DNA of 64,000 nt from an uncultured Candidatus Saccharibacteria bacterium (GTDB taxonomy: Bacteria; Patescibacteriota; Saccharimonadia; Saccharimonadales; 2-12-FULL-41-12), in assembly GCA_947085855.1 (NCBI GenBank), contig CAMTYB010000002.1, forward strand, positions 23,278 through 87,277, written 5' to 3'. The notes below the pieces were generated by a model. That model had not been told where the DNA came from, searched no databases, and saw nothing but the letters and a program-made list of their open reading frames with translations. Positions 49,834-57,210 of the stretch are shown here, piece by piece. The position numbers were made by a program, and so were the translations under genes. Position 1 is the first letter of the stretch. Each line of letters starts with the position of its first letter.

Positions 49834-50828
49834 GCGCTCCAACGATCGTCTCCAAGGACGTCCACGGGTTCGGGGCGGACACCACCTCCCCCGGAATCAC
49901 CCTTCCAAGCTCGCCCGCGGTACTGCCGGGCGACATCATCATCTGCGCATGGCACGTCGCCGGACTTAACACGAGCACCGCCCCGGTCGTCCCTAGCGGC
50001 TTTACCGAACTGATCCGGAGCGGCAGCACCGTAGCTGCCATCACGGTGGCGGCAAAGATCGCATCGGGCGGCGAAGAGGGATCGACGTTCACTCCAGCGT
50101 CGGCGACCATCAGCCGAGCATGGACCACGTCGGTGTTCGTGGTCCGCGGCGGCCCGACTAACCTCGCACACCTGCTGGCGAACGGTAACAACGTGGCGGC
50201 GACGATCTCTCGTCCGGTCTTGACGGTTACTACTGCCACCGTCGACAACCTCGTGCTTGCCGGTGCTGCGGTCGAAGGTGGAGCCAACACCCTGACCGAC
50301 CCTGGTAGCCCATGGAGTCCAGATGACCAGGCCGCGAGCACCGGAAGCAGCGCTAGTTATGCGACCGCGATTCACGCAACAAAAGCCACCCCGGGGACGA
50401 CCGACGGGAGTTCGTGGACGGCAACCACTACCGGGAAGTGGGCTAGGTGGACAGTCGCAATCCCTCCCAATGTCAATCAACCCCCTGCGGTCGGCTCAAT
50501 CACGCCTGGCTACATCGTTGCCACGGTCGGAGAGGAGTACTCAGCAACGGCCACGGCAACAGACTCCGATGGCGCAATCGCTTCGTGGGCATGGCAACAG
50601 AACGCGACGGGCACCAACGTAACGGCTCCGGCGCTCAGCGGTGCAGACACAGCCACAGTGACCTTCACCCCAACGGAGTTGGGCGCCTTCACGCTTCAGG
50701 TAGTTGCCACAGACGATGACGGCTCGGATTCCGTCCCCGCGTACCTGCCCGTGATCGTGACCCACCAGCGCGACATCGCGCTGAAGGTGCGATCCGGGGG
50801 AACTTTTCAAAGTGTCGACCTGATTTGA
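49830..50828 (+). CDS. high-GC protein with C-terminal PKD/Ig-like domain (minor-tail-like)
   Basis: ATG 49830 overlaps the upstream TGA (ATGA). The C-terminal PPAVGSITPG...ATATDSDGAIASWAWQQ...TVTFTPTELGAFTLQVVATDDDGSDS resembles a PKD-type repeat. Confidence 0.55.
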   Translation: MSAPTIVSKDVHGFGADTTSPGITLPSSPAVLPGDIIICAWHVAGLNTSTAPVVPSGFTELIRSGSTVAAITVAAKIASGGEEGSTFTPASATISRAWTTSVFVVRGGPTNLAHLLANGNNVAATISRPVLTVTTATVDNLVLAGAAVEGGANTLTDPGSPWSPDDQAASTGSSASYATAIHATKATPGTTDGSSWTATTTGKWARWTVAIPPNVNQPPAVGSITPGYIVATVGEEYSATATATDSDGAIASWAWQQNATGTNVTAPALSGADTATVTFTPTELGAFTLQVVATDDDGSDSVPAYLPVIVTHQRDIALKVRSGGTFQSVDLI

Positions 50829-50895
50829 TCTCCACGCTTGGGGATTTGTGAGAGTCAGATAGCACCCTCGCCTAAATACACAGCCAACTATTTGC

Positions 50896-51660
50896 TTATC
50901 GAGTTGGTAGATATTTTGTATGGGGCACCGGCATCATAGGCCTGGTTCTTTTACCAATCGGTTCCAGTAATTCAATAGGTGAAACGCTACGAAGGTAGAG
51001 TGCAGTCACATCCAGTCTGGCATGACCAAGCTGTTGTTGGATGCGATATACATCAATACCTTCACGCCATAACTCAACCGCATGTTCGTGTCGGAAGCAA
51101 TGCGGATTAGCTCTTCTTCTCAACCCAGCTCGTTTGGCAGCACGCCTTAGTTGTCGCCGTATGTCAGACGCATGGACAGACCTTCCGGCTGTCGATCCCG
51201 TAAGGACACAAAACAATGCTCCATACGGCAGCTCCTTTCTTGCTATACGCCACTGCTCTAGCGCTTGCCATCCCCACTCGTCCATGGCAGATACGCGACG
51301 CTTATCTCCCTTTCCATGTCGCACCGTGATGGAAAAGTCATGACGGTTGAGATCACGCTCTTCAAGCGCCAGTGCCTCACTTATGCGTAGTCCCGAACGC
51401 CATAGTAGTGCAATCAGGGCTTGCAAGCGCAGTGCGCCTAGTTGCTGGTCAAGACGTGGCTTTGGGTAGTTAGGTGGCTCGCAGGCCTTTATTAGCTTAA
51501 AGATATCTTCTACTGCAATAGGGTCTGGTGGAAACTTCTTCCCCTTTGTCTTTGGCGATATGCCCTTACGAAAACCTGGCATGGTTGAGCTTGATCTTCG
51601 CCTGCCACGGATGTCTCGCACCTCAGTGATTGCGAGTGGTGATTGCTGTAGTGTAAACAT
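50896..51660 (-). CDS. tyrosine recombinase, catalytic-core-only (254 aa)
   Basis: RISEAL (Arg), HGKGDKRR (Lys), HCFRHEHA (His-x-x-Arg), LGHARLDVTALYL (His, Tyr nucleophile). No obvious N-terminal core-binding domain. Confidence 0.8.
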   Translation of the reverse strand: MFTLQQSPLAITEVRDIRGRRRSSSTMPGFRKGISPKTKGKKFPPDPIAVEDIFKLIKACEPPNYPKPRLDQQLGALRLQALIALLWRSGLRISEALALEERDLNRHDFSITVRHGKGDKRRVSAMDEWGWQALEQWRIARKELPYGALFCVLTGSTAGRSVHASDIRRQLRRAAKRAGLRRRANPHCFRHEHAVELWREGIDVYRIQQQLGHARLDVTALYLRSVSPIELLEPIGKRTRPMMPVPHTKYLPTR

Positions 51661-51908
51661 GATATGTACTCCTTCTTAGTAGTTAAGTTGCTACAGTTGA
51701 ACGAGGATAACATGTTTTGCCATATAGTTTGATAAAAAGCGAGGACATGTGGCTTGGCGTTGCACTTTTTGCGCTTGTTTTCATTAAATAATCATTAAAT
51801 TCCCGTGTGAATTTCGTCACATTGTGAAAGATTTTTCAAATTCATTGTAAGCGTTTTCAACACCTTAGCGGTGTTATTTTATTGTGCTTATCTTTATTAA
51901 AAAACTAT

Positions 51909-51923
51909 TTGCAAATATTGCAA
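51909..51923. promoter_or_regulatory. 15-bp perfect palindrome TTGCAAATATTGCAA upstream of the T4SS pilin gene (candidate operator)
   Basis: Read directly. Lies 39 nt before GTG 51962. Confidence 0.35.
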
Positions 51924-51961
51924 GCTGTGATAAATGTAGAGGCACAAAGGAGGATAACAAC

Positions 51962-52303
51962 GTGAGAAGTCAAAAACAGCTGCTATTTGTAGCACTATTC
52001 GCGGCAGTGGGGATGCCGTTGTTTGTGAGCGCCCCGGCACTAGCAGCCGGGGGAGATATCGGGCAAGTGGAGAACTTCATACGCTCGATCATAAAGGTCA
52101 TTGCAGGTTTAGCCGGTCTCATCGCGACCGGTTTTTTTGTGGTCGGAGGATTCACCTACATCACCAGCAGTGGCAACCCAGAGCAGTTGGATAAAGCAAA
52201 GCGGACGCTTACGTGGTCAGCCATAGGGCTTGCCATCGTGATTGCGGCCTTTGTGATCTCCAATATTGTGACGAGCTTGGCTACGTCTGCTTTTGGAGGC
52301 TAG
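51962..52303 (+). CDS. T4SS pilin, TrbC/VirB2-like
   Basis: GTG 51962 follows AGGAGG (51950-51955). Signal peptide ...PLFVSAPALA-AG, then two hydrophobic helices flanking YITSSGNPEQLDKAKR. Confidence 0.65.
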   Translation: MRSQKQLLFVALFAAVGMPLFVSAPALAAGGDIGQVENFIRSIIKVIAGLAGLIATGFFVVGGFTYITSSGNPEQLDKAKRTLTWSAIGLAIVIAAFVISNIVTSLATSAFGG

Positions 52304-52337
52304 ATGGATCTTTAAATAGTTAACGAGGAATGGTTGC

Positions 52338-53828
52338 ATGGATAGTGTACTTAACTTACCCCTAACACTCTTCGCCGATACATCAGGTGCTATTTCTGTC
52401 ATGCGTGATTGGGTGACACCAACCATTCGTACGTTTGCCGCACTTGGCTCGATAGTCTGCGTGTTCTTTGTAGTCAATTCCGGCTACTTGTACATGACGA
52501 GTAGCGGTAAGCCAGTGCAAATGGATCATGCCAAGAAAGTGCTTCGTAATGCACTACTAGGCTTAGTGATCGTCTTGAGCGCCTTGACGATCACTTCGAT
52601 TTTATCGAGTGCGTATGGGAATCCGACGGCAACCCAAGGGGCAACACTACCCAACTTGCAGGCTATTCCGCCGGATAACGTTGGTAATGGTCTGGTGGAC
52701 GTGCTCATCAAGGCGGTTACTGGTTTTCTCAATAACATCATTCAAGCAGTGGCCGCACCGTTTTTGGCAGCGCTCGAGTTCTTCACGAAAGCCACGCCAC
52801 TTATGGCCAGTAACCCGAGTGTGTTTAACCTGTGGCTGGCAATTGTCGGCATCTGCAATGTGCTGTTCGCTGTTATCTTAGCCCTCATCGGCCTGCACGT
52901 GATGAGTGCCGCATCTTTTGGCTTCGATGAGATTGAGTTTAAACACATGCTGCCACGCATTGGCCTGGTGTTTGTGCTCATGAACAGCTCAATCTTTCTG
53001 ATCGACGGCATCATTGAAATGTCCAACGTCCTGATTAATGCTGTCTCGCAAGTCAGTGGGGCCAGCTCCGTCTGGGCAACACTGACAGAAGTGGTGAAGA
53101 AAGCGGGCGGTCAAGGACTGGCGGCTCTGCTCGTTATGCTGGCGTTTCTCATCTTCACCGTTATTTTACTGGTCTACTACGTTGGTCGTCTGGTGACACT
53201 CTTTATTGGGGCGGTGATTTCACCGCTGATTGTGCTGCTATGGTTAGTCCCGGGTTTCCGGGACTTTTCTGAAACGGCGGCTAAAACATACTTGTCGACC
53301 ATCTTTGTACTGTTTGTACATGTGATCATCCTGATCCTGGCCTCGTCACTGTTTACCGGCATGGCTGTTGGCCAGGACGACGCACTTCCCGACACGCTCA
53401 TGAGTATGGTGGTGGGACTGGCTACTGTGCTAGCCCTGCTCAAAACTCAAGGCGTCATGATGCAATTTAGCTACGTCAGTATGGGAGCTCGTAATGCCCG
53501 CATGCTGGGTAGTCAGTTTGTAAACGGCGTCAGTTACATGACTGGTCACGGTAAGGCAGCGGCCAGTGCCGCTGCCGGTAAAGTACCGAGCCGCAGCAGT
53601 ATGAGCAGTAGCACTACGAAGTCGAGTTCTAGAAATTCAGGCACTGGTGGCTACAAGCAACCAAATACTGGCCACACACCAAAGACAGATAAAAACACAA
53701 TGCCATCCCCACGCGCCAAGACAGGTACTAGCTACGAAGCACCAAAGCTAGGCACCTCGCGCGATGAGGCAGTCGAAAGCATGAAGCAAAAGCAGTCTAC
53801 GAATAAGACAAAGGAGAATAAGTCATGA
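52338..53828 (+). CDS. pilin-like domain fused to a VirB6/TrbL-like polytopic membrane protein
   Basis: The N-terminal 100 aa align to the preceding pilin (FFVVNSGYLYMTSSGKPVQMDHAKK against FFVVGGFTYITSSGNPEQLDKAKR). At least 6 further TM helices and an S/T/K-rich tail follow. Confidence 0.6.
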   Translation: MDSVLNLPLTLFADTSGAISVMRDWVTPTIRTFAALGSIVCVFFVVNSGYLYMTSSGKPVQMDHAKKVLRNALLGLVIVLSALTITSILSSAYGNPTATQGATLPNLQAIPPDNVGNGLVDVLIKAVTGFLNNIIQAVAAPFLAALEFFTKATPLMASNPSVFNLWLAIVGICNVLFAVILALIGLHVMSAASFGFDEIEFKHMLPRIGLVFVLMNSSIFLIDGIIEMSNVLINAVSQVSGASSVWATLTEVVKKAGGQGLAALLVMLAFLIFTVILLVYYVGRLVTLFIGAVISPLIVLLWLVPGFRDFSETAAKTYLSTIFVLFVHVIILILASSLFTGMAVGQDDALPDTLMSMVVGLATVLALLKTQGVMMQFSYVSMGARNARMLGSQFVNGVSYMTGHGKAAASAAAGKVPSRSSMSSSTTKSSSRNSGTGGYKQPNTGHTPKTDKNTMPSPRAKTGTSYEAPKLGTSRDEAVESMKQKQSTNKTKENKS

Positions 53829-54346
53829 AGATAACTGTTGTACCAGCTCAGGTCACCACCGTCGAAGATAGGATTATGGGCAGTCTCGGCTTCTCGCAGA
53901 TGTTACTGCTCGTTTGCCCGGTGTTTATTTCAGCTCTATTGTTTGCAGGCTTGCCGCCGTTCATGGAGGGTGCCTGGTATAAGTACGTCCTCATTGGTGT
54001 ACTGACCGTCCTCTGCTGTATCTTGGCTATCCGTATTAAAGGCAAGATTGTGGCGCTGTGGTTAGTGACCATCCTGCGCTATAACCTACGACCAAAGTAC
54101 TATCTGTTCAACAAAAATACCGTATCCTACCGCGAAATGTATGCCCAGTCATCTGAAGCCGATGATAGAGCAAGTAATGAAAAGTCCGATGCACGTGAGC
54201 ATCACCATCTGCCAAAGCTGGCTCTTCCAGATAAAGCCCGGGTGCTGGCTGCTATTGAGAATCCTGCATCTAAGCTCAGATTTGAAACAACCAAGAAAGG
54301 AGGCATTCATGTTCGCCTTACAGAAATCGAAGAACAAAACATCTAG
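53825..54346 (+). CDS. PrgI/VirB3-like small T4SS membrane protein
   Basis: VPAQVTTVEDRIMGSLGFSQMLLL followed by two TM helices, as in PrgI-family proteins. ATGA overlap with the upstream gene. Confidence 0.5.
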   Translation: MKITVVPAQVTTVEDRIMGSLGFSQMLLLVCPVFISALLFAGLPPFMEGAWYKYVLIGVLTVLCCILAIRIKGKIVALWLVTILRYNLRPKYYLFNKNTVSYREMYAQSSEADDRASNEKSDAREHHHLPKLALPDKARVLAAIENPASKLRFETTKKGGIHVRLTEIEEQNI

Positions 54347-54935
54347 TCGTCAACAAGTCGCCATTAAGGGGGTGCGTGACGGTATTCTGATCCTGCCTGG
54401 CAACCAGTACCGGGCGGTACTGAAAGTCTCATCGCTCAACTTTGAACTCAAAAGCGAAGTTGAGCAGGACGCCATTATTGATACCTATGAGAGTTTTCTA
54501 AATTCCGTCGGTACCAGCCTGCAAGTCTTGATCCGTACTCGTGAAATAGATATGGATAAGTACCTAGAAGATTTAAATGAGCGGCTGCAGGATGAGCCTG
54601 AGGCAATCTATAGGTCGCAGCTAAAACACTACGACGAGTTTATCCGCTCACTCATTACGACTAACAAAATCTTGACGCGCCATTTTTACATCGTGATTCC
54701 ATATAGTGCCGGTGCAAAGGCTAACTTTGAGCTGGTGCAAGAGCAGCTCAACCTCAAAGTCGACATTGTCAGTAAAGGCATGACCAGACTCGGTATGCAC
54801 ACCACCCAACTAACCGATCTTGAACTATTCGATTTGTTCTATACGTTCTACAGTCCGGCTCAAGCGAAACTGCAACCACTCAGTAGTCGCATGATGCTTG
54901 CTATTAACAGTGCGCTTGTAGAAAGGAGTGTGTAA
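54309..54935 (+). CDS. VirB4/TrsE N-terminal domain as a separate ORF
   Basis: ATG 54309 follows AAGGAGG (54296-54302). IKGVRDGILILPGNQYRAVLKVSSLNFELKSEVEQDAIIDTYESFLNSV is the typical VirB4 N-terminal region. The stop overlaps the next ATG (TAATG). Confidence 0.6.
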   Translation: MFALQKSKNKTSSRQQVAIKGVRDGILILPGNQYRAVLKVSSLNFELKSEVEQDAIIDTYESFLNSVGTSLQVLIRTREIDMDKYLEDLNERLQDEPEAIYRSQLKHYDEFIRSLITTNKILTRHFYIVIPYSAGAKANFELVQEQLNLKVDIVSKGMTRLGMHTTQLTDLELFDLFYTFYSPAQAKLQPLSSRMMLAINSALVERSV

Positions 54936-56668
54936 TGGATAAGTTGTTGTCCCCACTCAAGAAACGGAGCGAAGCGCGGGAAGAAAAGCGCCGCGAATTA
55001 TCGATTACCTTTGGTGAGCAAGATGCGCTTGATGTGCTGAGCTATTCAGGACTCGAAGAAAACATAGATTACCTGATGATCGACGGGGTTTACATCCGTA
55101 CACTGTATATTTCTGGCTATCCTTTTGTGGCAAGCTCTGGTTGGATGGATAGCTTGATTAACTTTAATCACGACACCGACATTAGTTACCACCTTCATGA
55201 GGTAAACGCATTATCGGCACTACCGAAACTGCACCGTAAGATTACGGAGCTTGAGAGCACTAAGCGTGCCATGATGCGCGCCGGTAAAATTGTTGGCAGC
55301 GAGATAACCGACCCGCTCGAGTCGGCCATTGAGCTCAGAGACAAGATCCAGCGTGGTCAGGAAAAACTGTTTCAGATGAGTATCTATGTTTGCGTGCGAG
55401 CAGATAGCTTGGAGGAGCTGAACAAGATAACCAAGTTACTGGAAGCGACCATGTCAGCTCGTTTGTTTTACTCCAAAGTTGCCCGCTATGAACAACTCGA
55501 AGCCTTGCAGTCTATCTTACCTAGGGGTGAAGACCAGCTGCACCAGAAGCGCAACTTAGATAGCAGTTCTGCCGCTTTGACATTCCCATTCATGTCATCC
55601 GAACTCGTCCAGGAATCGGGCATTTTGTATGGCGTCAACAAATCAAATAACAGCCTAGTCATCTTAGATCGCTTTAGCCTGCACAACGCGAACTCGATTG
55701 TGTTTGCGCAGAGTGGCAGTGGTAAGAGCTACACCACCAAAGTTGAGATACTCCGTCAGCTTATGCAAGGCACTAAGGTTATTGTGATTGACCCTGAGCG
55801 GGAGTATAAGCGCCTGACAGAATCAGTCGGTGGTACGTATATAAAACTCAGTGCCAAGAGTAAAGAAAAGGTGAATCCTTTTGACCTTGCTACAACCTTC
55901 CACAATATTAGTGATCTTTCTGAGCACGCCCAAGACTTAACTGAAGTCATTAGCCTGATGGCCGAAGGGCTATCTGGCCGCGAAAAAGCCGCCGTCGACA
56001 AGGCAATCTTACGAGTTTACAAAAAAGCCAAAGGTACGCAGCCTCTGCTCGAAGATTTCTATGCTGAATTACAAACCTTAGGCCAGCTCAAACTGTGCGA
56101 ACGACTGGAGAAGTATATATCTGGGTCGCTAGCAGATGTCTTTAATGCCCAAACCAACATCAAACTAGATAACCGCCTAGTAATCTTTGACATTAAAGAT
56201 TTACCGGAAAGCTTGCGGCAAATCATGATGCTGATAATCTCCAACTTCGTCCAAAACCAAGTCAAAGCAAGACCAGAAAAGCGGCTCCTCATCATAGACG
56301 AAGGCTGGATGTTACTTGAGCACGAACAATCGGCTCGGTTTGTGTCCGGCCTGGTGCGCCGCGCTCGTAAGTACTACTTAGGTGTATCGATCATCTCCCA
56401 GCAAGCAAACGACTTCTTAAGATCTGACTACGGCCGCGCTATCGCCAGTCAATCTGCCCTCCGAATCCTGATGCGCCAAGATACCACCACTATTAAAAAT
56501 GTGGTCAGTGAGTTTAACTTGAGTGAATACGAACAAAGTTATCTGCTGACCTGTGAGCGAGGTGACGCCTTGATTATTGCTGATCAGCATCACGTGGCCG
56601 TCAAGGTTGTTGCCAGCGATAAAGAACACCCCCTCATTACCACCAACCCTGCGGAGCTGTACTCGTGA
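54935..56668 (+). CDS. virB4: VirB4-like T4SS ATPase (ATPase domain)
   Basis: Walker A VFAQSGSGKSYTTK and Walker B RLLIIDEGW. 577 aa. Confidence 0.85.
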   Translation: MDKLLSPLKKRSEAREEKRRELSITFGEQDALDVLSYSGLEENIDYLMIDGVYIRTLYISGYPFVASSGWMDSLINFNHDTDISYHLHEVNALSALPKLHRKITELESTKRAMMRAGKIVGSEITDPLESAIELRDKIQRGQEKLFQMSIYVCVRADSLEELNKITKLLEATMSARLFYSKVARYEQLEALQSILPRGEDQLHQKRNLDSSSAALTFPFMSSELVQESGILYGVNKSNNSLVILDRFSLHNANSIVFAQSGSGKSYTTKVEILRQLMQGTKVIVIDPEREYKRLTESVGGTYIKLSAKSKEKVNPFDLATTFHNISDLSEHAQDLTEVISLMAEGLSGREKAAVDKAILRVYKKAKGTQPLLEDFYAELQTLGQLKLCERLEKYISGSLADVFNAQTNIKLDNRLVIFDIKDLPESLRQIMMLIISNFVQNQVKARPEKRLLIIDEGWMLLEHEQSARFVSGLVRRARKYYLGVSIISQQANDFLRSDYGRAIASQSALRILMRQDTTTIKNVVSEFNLSEYEQSYLLTCERGDALIIADQHHVAVKVVASDKEHPLITTNPAELYS

Positions 56669-57210
56669 ACGCTGGCCTGTTTGCTATTGGTTTGCTGACG
56701 GGCGGTAATACGAAGAAACAGATTGGCCTAGTACTCGCTACAATGGCGATCATTCTATCGCTGCCGTTCATGGCAGTGACGGCAATGGGGTCAAGTGTGC
56801 TCACGTTTCTCTCGAGCGTTCCGAACGCTGAAGCGGCTGAGCTGCAAGGCTTTTACATGGGTGGGCCAGTGCCTGGTGACACCTACGAATGGGGCAACTG
56901 TACCTACTGGTCGTTTGCCCAGCGACTGTGGGCAAATAACCCCATCCCGACTACCTGGGGCAATGCGAACACCTGGGACGATTATGCTAAACGAGATGGC
57001 TATGAGGTGAATAACACTCCTTTACCTGGAGCAGTCTTCCAGACAGACAGTGGCTATTGGGGGCATGTGGCGTTCGTCACCAAGGTTGAGCCAAACGGCA
57101 GTTGGACGATATCCGAGATGAACGTGAAGGGACTAAATATTGTCTCGACCCGCACCTTTCCCAAAGATGCCGCAATCTTTTACAGCTTTATCCATAACAA
57201 GGTGCGCTAG
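56665..57210 (+). CDS. CHAP-domain peptidoglycan hydrolase (VirB1 functional analogue)
   Basis: N-terminal TM/signal, then GNCTYWSFAQRL (Cys) and GHVAFVTKV (His). Confidence 0.8.
   Translation: MNAGLFAIGLLTGGNTKKQIGLVLATMAIILSLPFMAVTAMGSSVLTFLSSVPNAEAAELQGFYMGGPVPGDTYEWGNCTYWSFAQRLWANNPIPTTWGNANTWDDYAKRDGYEVNNTPLPGAVFQTDSGYWGHVAFVTKVEPNGSWTISEMNVKGLNIVSTRTFPKDAAIFYSFIHNKVR

Larger units (their letters stand above)
48260..50828. other. high-GC compositional block (foreign DNA)
   Basis: Example line 49321-49380 has 40/60 G+C, against 30/60 for core line 10441-10500 and 18/60 for line 44641-44700. Long stop-free ORFs appear in all six frames only here. Confidence 0.8.

Noticed and set aside
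48631-50810. Long minus-strand and alternative-frame ORFs (48631..49176, 49225..49659, 49245..49604, 49691..50341, 49713..50480, 50541..50810, 49215..49652 and 50323..50719 on the plus strand)
   Set aside because: They all lie in the high-GC block, where stop codons are rare in every frame. Their translations are Arg/Pro/Gly-rich low-complexity sequence. The plus-strand trio with ATGA/TGATG coupling is the coherent reading.
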